NCBI GenBank assembly: GCA_905200615.1
Contig: CAJKLB010000003.1
Location: 5,692 to 69,691 of the forward strand
Length of the DNA: 64,000 bases
From: an uncultured Selenomonadales bacterium
GTDB lineage: Bacteria > Bacillota > Clostridia > Christensenellales > QALW01
Direction: 5' to 3'
Numbering within the stretch: the first letter of the stretch is position 1; every line of letters starts with the position of its first letter. Position numbers and translations under genes: made by a program. Shown here piece after piece: positions 19,212-29,422 of the stretch. Under the pieces are notes generated by a model, which was not told the origin of the DNA, made no database searches, and worked only from the letters and a program-made list of their open reading frames with translations.

Positions 19212-19943
19212 ATGAAAAAAATTATTACAATAAAAAATCTGCGTAATTTTGCTTACTGCAATCATGAAATCTGCGCAAAGCCGATTCGGGGTATGGTCAT
19301 CTTGTTTTTCGGTTTAGGCGGCAGTAATATGTATAACGAGGAAACGGAAGAAGGCCGGAAATATGCCGAAAAAGGAATTTTGTACTTAGTTCCGTATCAA
19401 AACCCTTGGGCTTGGATGAACAAGCAGACGGCAGACTATACAAACGAACTGGTAGATGTACTGTTCAAAGAATATGATCTTCCCGAAAATTTACCTATCG
19501 TCTCCACAGGCGGAAGTATGGGCGGATTATGCGCCTTGGTATATATGGTTTATGCAAAACACACCCCCTCCGCCTGTGCGGCGATTTGTCCGGTATGTGA
19601 TTTACCCTATCATTATACCGAGCGTCCCGACCTTCCCCGCACACTGTACAGCGCTTTCGGCACATATGACGGCACGATGGAAGAAGCTCTGCGCTCCGCT
19701 TCTCCTTTGCATCTTGTCCACCGTATGCCGGTTGTATCTTCTTACTATCTTTTTCATTGTGAAAAAGACCGGGCGGTCAACAAGCAAAAGCACAGCGACC
19801 GCTTTGTTGAAAAAATGCAGCCCAATCATACGATTACCTATTACACTGTTCCCGAAAAAGGGCATTGCGAGTTGACGGAAGAAATCAAAGCGGTATATGA
19901 AGACTGTATTTTGAAGTCGATAGACAAAAATTTTATTTCTTAA
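19212..19943 (+). CDS. alpha/beta-hydrolase fold esterase
   Basis: 243 aa with the nucleophile elbow TGGSMGG and late Asp/His residues (CEKD.., KGHCE). Confidence 0.8.
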   Translation: MKKIITIKNLRNFAYCNHEICAKPIRGMVILFFGLGGSNMYNEETEEGRKYAEKGILYLVPYQNPWAWMNKQTADYTNELVDVLFKEYDLPENLPIVSTGGSMGGLCALVYMVYAKHTPSACAAICPVCDLPYHYTERPDLPRTLYSAFGTYDGTMEEALRSASPLHLVHRMPVVSSYYLFHCEKDRAVNKQKHSDRFVEKMQPNHTITYYTVPEKGHCELTEEIKAVYEDCILKSIDKNFIS

Positions 19944-19983
19944 CGCAAAAATACGCTGAAAAACACAGCAGAAGGTGAACCCT

Positions 19984-21438
19984 ATGCCCAAAAGAGATCG
20001 ATTCTTATATATATTGGAAATCTCCGCCGGGGTTTTGCTTGCCGCGGCGGTAGCCGTGCTGTGTATATTGCTGATAAAAAGCAACAGACAAGTGCCGAGC
20101 ATTACCCTCAACGGCAATGATATCATCCATCTGGAGGTGTTTGACCGTTACGAGGATCCCGGCGCCGTAGCCGTATTGGGAAACCGAGATATCACAGAAG
20201 AAATTTTGATATATGATAACGTAAACACCAAGATTCCGGGCGAATATGAAGTAAATTACACGGTAGAATATAAAGGAAAAAACTATATCCGCAAGCGTTT
20301 GGTAACAGTAAGCGATCTTACGCCGCCGCTTCTTACGCTGGAGGGGGAATCTGTGATCACGGTTTCGGCGCGGGAGCAATATACGGAACCCGGGTTCCGT
20401 GCCAGAGATAATTTTGACGGCGATATTACCCCCAATGTTACCATACGCTATGAATCCTGTGACGCCGGATTTACGGTGATTTATTCCGTTGCCGACAGCA
20501 GCGGAAACGAGACGCAGAAAGTGCGGCAGGTTCTCATTCAGGATACCGAAGCGCCCGTGTTGACGCTTAAGGGAAGCCGAACGATTACGATAGAGTATAA
20601 CGGAACCTATCAAGAGCCGGGGTTTACCGCCTTTGATAATGCCGACGGCGATCTTACCGACCGCGTACAGATCAGCGGCAATGTAAATACGGCTGTAGCC
20701 GGTATCTATATAATAGAATATACTGTAACCGATGACAGCGGAAACACCGCGGTGCAGCAGCGGCAGGTTACAGTAAAAAGGAGTCAGGAAGTACCGTCGG
20801 GACAAAACCGGGTATATCTGACCTTTGATGACGGTCCCAGCGCTGCGGTTACCACAAGGATTCTGGATATTTTGGCAAAGAACAATATAAAAGCAACCTT
20901 CTTTATTGTCAATTTTTCAGATTCCGATGCCCGGCTGATTCAGCGCATGGCCGAGGAAGGCCACACCATTGCCATTCACGGCTATTCCCATGATTACGCG
21001 AAAATCTACGTGTCCGAAGAAGCGTTTATGGAAAATGTAACGGCTTTGCGGGAGAAAATTTACGCGCTTACCGGGGTGGATTCGGTTATCCTGCGTTTTC
21101 CCGGCGGCAGCAGTAATACGGTAAGCAAAAACTACAATGAAGGAATTATGAGCCGGCTGACGAAGCTTGTGGAAGAGCAAGGCTATACCTACTTTGACTG
21201 GAATGTTTCCAGCGGGGACGCCGCGGCAAAAAAAGCTTCGGCCGCGCAAATCGCCGCGAATGTCAAAAACGGGCTGAAAAAAGGCAGAAACAATGTGGTG
21301 CTGATGCATGACGCAGCGACAAAGACGACGACCGCCGACGCGCTGCAGGAAATTATTGATTACGGAAAGGCAAACGGTTATACCTTTTTGCCCATTACAG
21401 AGGAAACGCCCGCGATTCATCATAGCGTAAACAATTAG
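19984..21438 (+). CDS. membrane-anchored polysaccharide deacetylase (CE4/NodB) with two Ig-like (DUF5011-type) repeats
   Basis: N-terminal TM helix. Two repeats of about 85 aa (...YTEPGF.A.DN.DGD.T..V...). NodB motifs VYLTFDDGPS and IAIHGYSH. Confidence 0.9.
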   Translation: MPKRDRFLYILEISAGVLLAAAVAVLCILLIKSNRQVPSITLNGNDIIHLEVFDRYEDPGAVAVLGNRDITEEILIYDNVNTKIPGEYEVNYTVEYKGKNYIRKRLVTVSDLTPPLLTLEGESVITVSAREQYTEPGFRARDNFDGDITPNVTIRYESCDAGFTVIYSVADSSGNETQKVRQVLIQDTEAPVLTLKGSRTITIEYNGTYQEPGFTAFDNADGDLTDRVQISGNVNTAVAGIYIIEYTVTDDSGNTAVQQRQVTVKRSQEVPSGQNRVYLTFDDGPSAAVTTRILDILAKNNIKATFFIVNFSDSDARLIQRMAEEGHTIAIHGYSHDYAKIYVSEEAFMENVTALREKIYALTGVDSVILRFPGGSSNTVSKNYNEGIMSRLTKLVEEQGYTYFDWNVSSGDAAAKKASAAQIAANVKNGLKKGRNNVVLMHDAATKTTTADALQEIIDYGKANGYTFLPITEETPAIHHSVNN

Positions 21439-21711
21439 CAGAAACATGCCTGCTATCACAAAATACAACGGGCGGCAAATATACTGCCGCCCGTTTCAAA
21501 TTTTTTATAACCCCTTTTTTCGCAGCGGTAACACCGGGCGATAGCATCCGCAACCGGCAGCGTGTCAAAAAGGTTGCGCAAAATGTTTTCGCTCGCCTTT
21601 TTCAAAAGGCGATAGGGCAGCGGGGCAAGGCCATGCCCCCGAAGAGAACGAAATCCTACTAAAAAGAGTGCGGGAGAAGCGGTAACTGTCCCACGATATA
21701 TAAAAGTTGTA

Positions 21712-21875
21712 CCGATTCACAAACAGGTTTTTCGACAGACTGTCGCGGCGGTAACGCCGTCTTTTACGTTCCCCCGGCGCGCCGGAAAACAGACCGCGCA
21801 TCGCTTGAAAGCATACAGATCGAAAGAACAGCGTACGATGCGAAAAATCTTGACTTGTTGACCCAAAGATTTTCT
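21712..21875 (+). repeat. diverged relative of the interspersed repeat family (copy F)
   Basis: TTCACAAACAGGTTTTTCGACAGACTGTCGCGGCGGTAACGCCGTCTTTTACGTTCCCCCGG ... AATCTTGACTTGTTGACCC parallels the A-E layout. Its 5' 35 nt recur at 15676-15712. Confidence 0.5.
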
Positions 21876-21949
21876 TAAGCCCTATCCATTTTTTCATCAT
21901 CAGAGCGTTTGCCTGCCGCCTATGATTTTTTGCTCCGCCGGCGTAATGC

Positions 21950-22588
21950 TCAAAAGTCTGTCGATTCTGTAAAATATTCGGGATGCAAATGAATGCTGTC
22001 TGATTCCGTTATTGAGCGAACAACGCGGCAGGGGGAGCCAACGGCCAAACTATGCGGAGGAATATCCCTTGTAACAACGGAGCCGGCGCCGATCACACAC
22101 CCCTGGCCGATCGTTACATTAGGGCATACCGTCACGCCGCCGCCAAGCCAGCAGTTATCTCCGATGAAAATAGAGCCCGCTCGTTCCAAATTCGTCATGC
22201 TGCCCGTTTTTTTGTTATAAAACGCGTTGCGCTCCTGATATCGCAAAGGATGTATCGGGGTTAACAGGGATACATTGGGACCGATAAAAACATTTTTGCC
22301 TATCGTGACCTTTCCCTCGTCAAGAACCGTAAAATTAAAATTGGCAAAGCTGCCTTCCCCCATAGAAATATGCGTGCCGAAATCAAAATAAATCGGGCCT
22401 TGCAAATATACGTTTTTTCCGCGGTTCGGCATCAGCCGGCTCAGAATTTTTTGCCGTTCTTCTTCATCGGCCTCCGTAGTATCGTTATACGCCTTGCAGA
22501 GAATATGAGCCCGAGTCCTTTCTTCCGGCATTCCCTCGCAAAAAGGATCGTATATTTTTCCGGCAAACATCTTTTCTTTTTCCGTCAT
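21950..22588 (-). CDS. sugar O-acetyltransferase, hexapeptide-repeat (maltose/galactoside acetyltransferase family)
   Basis: Start taken at MTEKEKMFAGKIYDP (AAGGAG 7 nt upstream). Mac-type N-terminus plus a left-handed beta-helix hexapeptide region (IGDNCWLGGGVTVCPNVTIGQGCVIGAGSVV). Confidence 0.9.
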   Translation of the reverse strand: MTEKEKMFAGKIYDPFCEGMPEERTRAHILCKAYNDTTEADEEERQKILSRLMPNRGKNVYLQGPIYFDFGTHISMGEGSFANFNFTVLDEGKVTIGKNVFIGPNVSLLTPIHPLRYQERNAFYNKKTGSMTNLERAGSIFIGDNCWLGGGVTVCPNVTIGQGCVIGAGSVVTRDIPPHSLAVGSPCRVVRSITESDSIHLHPEYFTESTDF

Positions 22589-22743
22589 TTTCATTCTCCT
22601 TGATCGTTTTTTGTTTCATTATACCATTATAAAAGCATAATTTCAACAGAACCAAAAATTACGCAAAGCAAAAAATTCCATACCGGGGATATAAAAAGAG
22701 GTGTTCGGAAAAGAGCACCTCTTATTCATTTCTGTGTTCTGTT

Positions 22744-22944
22744 TTACGGAACGAACAGCGTACAGCCTGCTTTCTTAAAATCTTCGATTTTTTTTCGTAT
22801 CAAAGCCGGTTCTACCTTAAAATAGGCGGCCAAACAATCAATACACAAAAAGGTTTCCGCACCGCGGTTAATCAATTTTTTTGTCGCTCCGATATCGTCA
22901 TTTACAAGCGTTTTACCGCAGCGGCTGCATTTATCGGTTGACAA
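22744..22944 (-). CDS. small CxxC...CxxC zinc-ribbon-like protein (66 aa), function unknown
   Basis: MSTDKCSRCGKT...FLCIDCLAAYF. It overlaps the 3' end of the GH27 gene by 14 nt on the same strand. Confidence 0.55.
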   Translation of the reverse strand: MSTDKCSRCGKTLVNDDIGATKKLINRGAETFLCIDCLAAYFKVEPALIRKKIEDFKKAGCTLFVP

Positions 22945-24052
22945 TGCTGCACCTTAAGAATTTACAGGAATGCGCGTCTACCGAGGGGAACAGAATCTCA
23001 TCCTTAATGATTCCCAAATCTTCGCCGGACCAAAGATCGCGCGCTTTTATCGCCTTATTGCTGGCCACATCAAGACCGATATCCGCTAAATGCAGCGTTC
23101 CGCGGCAGGCACTGTCATAGGGGTTGACGATCAAAATAGCAATATCGCCGCCTTCAAGGAATTTTACCCATGTATCGCAGCCGTAGTGACCGGCTCTGAA
23201 AGGCTGGCGGCCCGCAGGATCCTGATTGATGGCAATTACGTCTTTATTCATTAAAATTTGTTTTGTCATCTCATCCATATCACGGATATCGCAGCCGATA
23301 ATCAGCGGAGAATTAAACATGGCCCAAACCGAAAAATGGGTACGGTACTCTTCATCCGTACAACCGGTAACACCCGCCAGTCCGCGGCCGTGCATTCCCA
23401 CTACCATCATATCCATGTCATTAAAGCATCCCTGGCCGTTATAAGGCTGAAGAGGAACATTCAAGTCATAGATCTCTTTAATTTTTTGCCAGCAATCGGT
23501 AATATCCCCGGTAGAACGCCATATATGCGCGCCGGTGGATTTAATCCACTCGTGGGTCTGATTCACGCCCCAGGAGCAAGCGGAAAACAAAATATCCCGT
23601 CCGCAGTTGGCAAGCGCAAGTCCCATTTTACGGTATAATAAATCCGAAGGCGTGGTATCCGGCTTATAGCAATGATCGTATTTTAAATAATCCACACCCC
23701 AGGAAGCAAATGTTTCCGCGTCAATAAATTCATAGTCATAGGAAGAAGGATACCCGGCGCAGGTAAGCGTACCGCAGCAGGAATACATACCGAATTTTAA
23801 TCCTTTTGCATGTACATAATCCGCCAGTGCCTTCATTCCCGAAGGAAATTTTTGCGGATCGGCCACAAGACGGCCATTGGCGTCCCGCTCCTTCAGCGAC
23901 CAGCAATCGTCAATAACAAGATAATTATAGCCGGCTGCCAATAAACCCGTGGATACCATAGCATCGGCAGTGGTACGAATCAGATCTTCATTGATTTCAT
24001 AGCCAAAGGTATTCCATGTGTTCCATCCCATAGGGGGCGTTTTCTGTATCAT
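22931..24052 (-). CDS. alpha-galactosidase, GH27
   Basis: PPMGWNTWNTF, YLVIDDCW, VDYLKYDHC and CFNDMDMMVVG motifs. 373 aa with no signal peptide. Confidence 0.9.
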   Translation of the reverse strand: MIQKTPPMGWNTWNTFGYEINEDLIRTTADAMVSTGLLAAGYNYLVIDDCWSLKERDANGRLVADPQKFPSGMKALADYVHAKGLKFGMYSCCGTLTCAGYPSSYDYEFIDAETFASWGVDYLKYDHCYKPDTTPSDLLYRKMGLALANCGRDILFSACSWGVNQTHEWIKSTGAHIWRSTGDITDCWQKIKEIYDLNVPLQPYNGQGCFNDMDMMVVGMHGRGLAGVTGCTDEEYRTHFSVWAMFNSPLIIGCDIRDMDEMTKQILMNKDVIAINQDPAGRQPFRAGHYGCDTWVKFLEGGDIAILIVNPYDSACRGTLHLADIGLDVASNKAIKARDLWSGEDLGIIKDEILFPSVDAHSCKFLRCSIVNR

Positions 24053-24463
24053 AATCGTTTCTCCTTTACTTTTTTACTTTATAAAGTTCATTTTATTATA
24101 ATGTATTTTATCCTGCAAATACATTGCAGAAAGTGAGATAAATATAACTGAATGTGTGCTTGTCCCAAGGAAAAATATTCTTTTTTTTATAAAAATGCAA
24201 AAAGCCGTATCTTTTTTAAAAAACAAACACAAAAAAACTTGTAGATAAAAAAACGGCAAAAAACCAAGCAGAATGTTTATAAATACTAAATTTTTATAGG
24301 CGAATTGCTAAACTTTCAGAGGAAAAATCTTTCTGTTTTACTGCCGTGAAAAAATAGTGAAAATAGGAAAAAGTATTGAAAACACTGGGCTTTACGTAAA
24401 AATTGCCAAAATAAAGATTTGAAAAAAATGAAGTATTTTGAAGAAGCAGCCGATAAAAAACAG

Positions 24464-24491
24464 TTGACAAAAAACAAACGCTTGATATAAT
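24464..24491 (+). promoter_or_regulatory. consensus sigma-70 promoter (TTGACA-16-TATAAT) of the regulator-potABCD operon
   Basis: TTGACA at 24464-24469 and TATAAT at 24486-24491. Confidence 0.65.
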
Positions 24492-24559
24492 TTATCTGGT
24501 CTTTTGGTTTAGCAATAATAAACCTGTGGTTTAGAATAAGCAGAAAGAGGGTCACATGC

Positions 24560-25093
24560 ATGCCGATAGGAGCCAAAATAAAAATGCTGCGAATTCAGCA
24601 TGGGCTGACACAGGAGGAACTTGCCAATCGGTGCGAGCTTTCCAAAGGCTTTATTTCGCAGATAGAGCGTGAGCTTACCAGTCCCAGTATTGCTACGCTG
24701 ATGGATATTCTGGAGTGCTTAGGCACAAATTTAAAGGATTTCTTCTCTGATGCCACGGAGGAAAAGCTGGTGTTCTCACCGGAGGATTATTTTGTAAAAG
24801 AGGATGATTCCTCTGTAATCACCTGGTTGGTGCCTTCGGCGCAAAAGAACTCGATGGAACCTATCGAGGTACGCATTAAAGGCGGCGCGTCTACCGCGGC
24901 AGACGATCCGCATGAGGGCGAGGAATTCGGCTTTGTTCTTTCCGGCAAGATTTTTGTTTGCGTGGGGCAAACAAAAAAGAAATGTAAAAAGGGCGACAGC
25001 TTCTATTTCCATTGCAATCAACCACATTATATAGAAAACGCGGGCAACACCGAGGCTGTTGTGCTTTGGATAAGCACACCGCCCAGTTTTTGA
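24560..25093 (+). CDS. XRE-family HTH regulator with C-terminal cupin domain (PuuR-like)
   Basis: [32 protein letters not shown] is an HTH_3 motif. The C-terminal cupin carries [10 protein letters not shown]...FYFHCNQPH. Confidence 0.9.
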   Translation: MPIGAKIKMLRIQHGLTQEELANRCELSKGFISQIERELTSPSIATLMDILECLGTNLKDFFSDATEEKLVFSPEDYFVKEDDSSVITWLVPSAQKNSMEPIEVRIKGGASTAADDPHEGEEFGFVLSGKIFVCVGQTKKKCKKGDSFYFHCNQPHYIENAGNTEAVVLWISTPPSF

Positions 25094-25101
25094 GGTATTT
25101 T

Positions 25102-26223
25102 ATGAAAAAAATTATCATTGATTTAAAGGATATTTCCAAAAGCTTTGACGGAGAAACGGTACTGGATCATATCAATTTATATATCCGCGAAAATGAATTC
25201 ATCACATTACTGGGGCCCTCCGGCTGCGGAAAAACCACCACGCTGCGAGTAATCGCCGGGTTTGAAACGCCGGATTCAGGAGAAGTCACTTTTGAGGGAA
25301 AGCGGCTCAACGATATTCCCCCGTATAAGCGCAGCATCAATACGGTATTTCAAAAATACGCGCTGTTTCCGCATTTGAATGTGTATGAAAACGTTGCTTT
25401 CGGCCTGCGCATTAAAAAAGAGAAAGACGCATATATTCGCACCCGTGTAAAAGAAATGCTGGCCATGGTGAACCTGAAAGGCTTTGAGAAACGCAATGTA
25501 AACACACTTTCCGGCGGTCAGCAGCAGCGTGTCGCCATTGCCCGGGCGCTGATTAACGATCCTAAAGTTCTGCTGCTGGATGAACCGTTGGGAGCACTGG
25601 ATTTAAAGCTGCGTAAGGATATGCAGAACGAACTGAAAAATATTCAGCATAAAACAGGCATTACCTTTATTTATGTTACGCACGATCAGGAAGAGGCGCT
25701 TTCTATGTCCGATACCGTAGTGGTTATGGCAAACGGAAAGATTCAGCAAATCGGTACCCCTACCGATATCTACAATGAGCCGAAAAACGCTTTTGTAGCT
25801 GATTTTATAGGCGAATCCAACATTGTGGACGGCATTATGATAGAGGATTTTAAAGCCAAATTTTCCGGACACGTGTTTGACTGTCTGGATAAGGGCTTTG
25901 AAAAAAACGAGCCGGTGGATATTGTTGTGCGGCCCGAGGATGTAGACGTGGTTCCGATTGATAAAGCCATGCTTTCGGGCACGGTGACTTCCGTTACCTT
26001 TAAGGGCGTGCATTATGAGATCATCGTAGATATCGGCGGATTTAAATGGATGATACAGACGACCGATTTTGTGGGGGAGAACGAAAAAATCGGTTTGTAT
26101 ATTGAACCCGATGCCATTCATGTTATGAAAAAATCGGAATTTTCCGATACGTTCGGCGATTATTCCTCGTTCAGCGATGAACTGGATAAACTCTCCGACG
26201 TTACGGAGGTCATTGAGGAATGA
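25102..26223 (+). CDS. potA: spermidine/putrescine ABC transporter ATP-binding protein
   Basis: Start moved to [40 protein letters not shown], and a C-terminal TOBE-like domain. Confidence 0.95.
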   Translation: MKKIIIDLKDISKSFDGETVLDHINLYIRENEFITLLGPSGCGKTTTLRVIAGFETPDSGEVTFEGKRLNDIPPYKRSINTVFQKYALFPHLNVYENVAFGLRIKKEKDAYIRTRVKEMLAMVNLKGFEKRNVNTLSGGQQQRVAIARALINDPKVLLLDEPLGALDLKLRKDMQNELKNIQHKTGITFIYVTHDQEEALSMSDTVVVMANGKIQQIGTPTDIYNEPKNAFVADFIGESNIVDGIMIEDFKAKFSGHVFDCLDKGFEKNEPVDIVVRPEDVDVVPIDKAMLSGTVTSVTFKGVHYEIIVDIGGFKWMIQTTDFVGENEKIGLYIEPDAIHVMKKSEFSDTFGDYSSFSDELDKLSDVTEVIEE

Positions 26224-27056
26224 AGAACAGATCGTTGATGCAAAAAGCGGCGGCTTCTCCCTATTATGTGTGGGCGGTGCTTTTCATTATTGCGCCGATT
26301 CTCTACGTGTTTTACTATGCCTTTACCGATGCCTCCGGGGCGTTTTGCGGGTTTGAGAATTTTTCGATTATTTCCCACTATTCCGGTACGTTTCTGTTAT
26401 CGCTGATGCTGGCTTTTATCGCTACGGTTATTTGTTTGCTGATCGGCTATCCCTTAGCCTTTGCCATTTCACGAACAAAGCCCGCGGCACAAAAGGTTCT
26501 GGTAATGCTGCTGATGCTGCCGATGTGGATCAATTTTATTATCCGTACTGACTCTATTGCCATTTTAATTGAAAAAAACGGTGTTATCAATCAGTTTTTA
26601 AGTCTCTTCGGCGCTCATATTGAACTGATGGATACCCGCGCGGCCGTCGTTATCGGTATGGTATACGACTTTTTGCCCTATATGATTCTGCCGATTTACT
26701 CCGTGCTTACCAAACTGGACGGAAAACTCATCGAGGCTGCTCATGATTTAGGCTGCAATGCCTTTCAGGCTCTGACAAAAGTGATTATCCCCTTAAGTAT
26801 CGGCGGTATCGTTTCCGGAATCACCATGGTATTTGTTCCTTGCGTCAGTACGTTTTATATTTCGCAGCGCTTAGGCGGCGCTAATACATATTTGATCGGC
26901 GACGCAATAGAGGCTCGGATGCTTTCGATTTCAGCCGATTATAATAAAGGCGCCACGCTTTCCCTGGTATTAATGCTTCTGATCGTCATCAGCACATTAA
27001 TTATGAACCGCTATACCGACAGCGAAGAGAACGGCACAGGAGGAATTCTCGCATGA
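26220..27056 (+). CDS. potB: spermidine/putrescine ABC transporter permease
   Basis: 278 aa, polytopic, with an EAA-type loop ([21 protein letters not shown]). ATGA overlap with potA. Confidence 0.9.
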   Translation: MKNRSLMQKAAASPYYVWAVLFIIAPILYVFYYAFTDASGAFCGFENFSIISHYSGTFLLSLMLAFIATVICLLIGYPLAFAISRTKPAAQKVLVMLLMLPMWINFIIRTDSIAILIEKNGVINQFLSLFGAHIELMDTRAAVVIGMVYDFLPYMILPIYSVLTKLDGKLIEAAHDLGCNAFQALTKVIIPLSIGGIVSGITMVFVPCVSTFYISQRLGGANTYLIGDAIEARMLSISADYNKGATLSLVLMLLIVISTLIMNRYTDSEENGTGGILA

Positions 27057-27913
27057 AAAACGGAAGTAAACTTTATGTTTCGCTGTGTTTTATTCTGCTG
27101 TATGCGCCCATTGTGATTTTAATTTTCTTTTCGTTCAATTCTTTGGAGAGTACCGGTGTTTTCGGGGGATTTTCACTCAAATGGTATGAGTCTCTTCTCC
27201 ACAACGAAAATGCGAAAAACGCGCTGATCAATTCCCTGATTATCGCGGTGACCGCGTCTCTGTGCTCCACGGTAATCGGCACAATGGCGGCACTGGGTAT
27301 CAGCCGGCTGCGCAGCCGCGCGTTCAAAGGAACAGTTATGACCGTTACCAATATTCCCATGGTCAATCCGGAAATCGTTACGGCAGTATCCATGGCGTTT
27401 CTGTTTATGGGAACCATCGCCGCTTCAGGATTGCTTCGGGATGATGATACCATTGATATGCTCTGTCTGCTGATTGCGCATATCACCTTTACGCTTCCCT
27501 ATGTCATTCTTTCGGTTTTGCCCAAAATTCGGCAAATGGATCATTCCCAAACCGAAGCCGCGTTGGATTTAGGCTGCCGTCCGCTGCAGGCGTTTTTTAA
27601 AGTAGAGCTTCCTCAGCTGCTGCCGGGAATTCTGACCGGTATGATCATGGCCTTTACGCTTTCGTTTGATGATTTTGTCATCAGTTATTTTGTAAGACCC
27701 AAATCCACCGTGCAGACACTGCCGCTGCTGATCTATTCCATGACGGGCAAGGGAACGGTAACGCCGGATATGTACGCGCTTTCCACATTTATGATATTGG
27801 CCATCTTTTTATTGTTGTTACTGGCCAATGTCGCCGGTTCCAGAGAGGAAATTAAGGTGCGCCGCCAACAAAGAAGACTGCGTCGCCAAAAATATAAGGA
27901 GGAAAATCAATGA
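27053..27913 (+). CDS. potC: spermidine/putrescine ABC transporter permease with a basic C-terminal tail
   Basis: EAALDLGCRPLQAFFKVELP loop. An unusual C-terminal REEIKVRRQQRRLRRQKYKEENQ extension. Overlaps potB and potD. Confidence 0.9.
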   Translation: MKNGSKLYVSLCFILLYAPIVILIFFSFNSLESTGVFGGFSLKWYESLLHNENAKNALINSLIIAVTASLCSTVIGTMAALGISRLRSRAFKGTVMTVTNIPMVNPEIVTAVSMAFLFMGTIAASGLLRDDDTIDMLCLLIAHITFTLPYVILSVLPKIRQMDHSQTEAALDLGCRPLQAFFKVELPQLLPGILTGMIMAFTLSFDDFVISYFVRPKSTVQTLPLLIYSMTGKGTVTPDMYALSTFMILAIFLLLLLANVAGSREEIKVRRQQRRLRRQKYKEENQ

Positions 27914-29298
27914 TAAAAAAATTTTTTGCCGCTGCCGTTATACTGGCAATTGCTCTGTGCGGGTTCGCCGGCTGCGGAAGCAGTGAGGACGAAATCGTTC
28001 TGAACGTGTTTAACTGGGGAGAATATATCTCCGACGGCGAAGGTTCTTGGGAATATACCGATGAAAACGGCAACGTAACCGAAATTCCCTACCTTGATAT
28101 CAACAAGGCCTTTGAGGAATACTATGCGCAAAAGCATCCGGGCAAAAAGGTAAAAGTAAATTATACCACCTACGCTTCCAATGAGGAACTGTATGCCAAA
28201 ATGACCACTTCCGATGCGTCTTATGATGTGATTATTCCATCGGATTACCTGATCCCACAGCTTATTGATGAAAATTTGATTCAGCCCATTAACCGGGAAA
28301 ACATCCCCAACATGGATAATATCGGGGAAAAATATATTGTAGAAGGTCTTTCCTACCGTGAGGAAAACGGAGAAAAAACATATTATTCCGCTACGTATAC
28401 ATTTGGTAAAGTCGGTATTATCTATAATCTTACTCTGCTGGAGCAGACCTTTGATGATTTTTCCCAGGAAGAATTTGAAGCGGAGGGCTGGAAAGTTCTT
28501 TGGAACGAAAAATATAAAGATTTAGGAATTCTTCAGTTCAATAATTCCCGTGACGCCTTTGCCACAGCGCAATTCGCCATGATGAAAGAAGACGGATACA
28601 CCGGTGAAAAGAGCTATATCAACGCTTCGGTAGAAGATGAAGGCGGCCGCGAGCTGTATATCCGCGCTCTGGATATGTTAAGGGAACAGCAGCCGATTAT
28701 TCAAAAATATGTAATGGACGAGGTTTTCAATAAAATGGAAACCGGAAACGCGGCCATCGCGCCCTATTATGTCGGCGATTATTTTACAATGACCTGGAAC
28801 TGTGAAGACTATGAATTGTGCTTCTTCTATCCCGAAGAAGGCTCGAACTCCTTTTTAGACGCTATGTGCGTGCCCACCAGTTCCCGTAATCCGGAAATCG
28901 CCGAAGAATATATTAACTTTATGCTTTCGGTAGATGAAGATCCTACCAAGAGCATTGCGGCGATCAATGCCGAATATATTTGCTACGCTACGCCGAACAT
29001 GGCTGTTCAGCAAGATGAAGTATACCGTTATTTTGTTGAAAACGAAATGCATGAACGCGGCTATGAGCTGCTTTACAGTGAAGACTCCTTTAATTTTGAA
29101 GAAGAAGGTTTTGTTCGCCTGGATGAGGGAACACAGCAATACTTAAATGAATGTTGGGACCGCTTGAAAATTCAAGACAGCGGTGAAAGCAGTTTGGTGC
29201 TGCCGATTGTCTGCGGAGTCGTTGCCGCCGCCATTATCGCGGTTATCGTGGTTGTGGTAATACGCAAAAAGAAAAAGGAAAAATATTATCAGGACTAA
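27910..29298 (+). CDS. potD: spermidine/putrescine-binding lipoprotein (PotD family) with an extra C-terminal transmembrane anchor
   Basis: Lipobox LCGFAGC|GSS. PotD-like body (VLNVFNWGEYI..., PSDY...). 462 aa, longer than the roughly 350 aa I recall as usual. It ends ...SGESSLVLPIVCGVVAAAIIAVIVVVVIRKKKKEKYYQD. Confidence 0.85.
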   Translation: MIKKFFAAAVILAIALCGFAGCGSSEDEIVLNVFNWGEYISDGEGSWEYTDENGNVTEIPYLDINKAFEEYYAQKHPGKKVKVNYTTYASNEELYAKMTTSDASYDVIIPSDYLIPQLIDENLIQPINRENIPNMDNIGEKYIVEGLSYREENGEKTYYSATYTFGKVGIIYNLTLLEQTFDDFSQEEFEAEGWKVLWNEKYKDLGILQFNNSRDAFATAQFAMMKEDGYTGEKSYINASVEDEGGRELYIRALDMLREQQPIIQKYVMDEVFNKMETGNAAIAPYYVGDYFTMTWNCEDYELCFFYPEEGSNSFLDAMCVPTSSRNPEIAEEYINFMLSVDEDPTKSIAAINAEYICYATPNMAVQQDEVYRYFVENEMHERGYELLYSEDSFNFEEEGFVRLDEGTQQYLNECWDRLKIQDSGESSLVLPIVCGVVAAAIIAVIVVVVIRKKKKEKYYQD

Positions 29299-29322
29299 GC
29301 AAAAAGAATATCAATAAAAGCA

Positions 29323-29358
29323 AGAGATAAGATCTGTTATCGGTCTTATCTCTTTTTA
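29323..29358 (+). terminator. intrinsic terminator after potD
   Basis: AGAGATAAGATC-(7 nt)-GGTCTTATCTCT followed by TTTTTAT. Confidence 0.7.
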
Positions 29359-29391
29359 TACCGTAAAAATTTTTATCGCTAAAAAAAATAC

Positions 29392-29422
29392 TTGACTCTC
29401 TGCTTACCTTTAGGTTTATACT
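29392..29422 (+). promoter_or_regulatory. promoter with a 19-nt spacer (TTGACT-19-TATACT), MerR-type architecture
   Basis: TTGACT at 29392-29397 and TATACT at 29417-29422. The spacer contains the palindrome ACCTTTAGGT. It lies directly upstream of a MerR-family gene. Confidence 0.5.
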
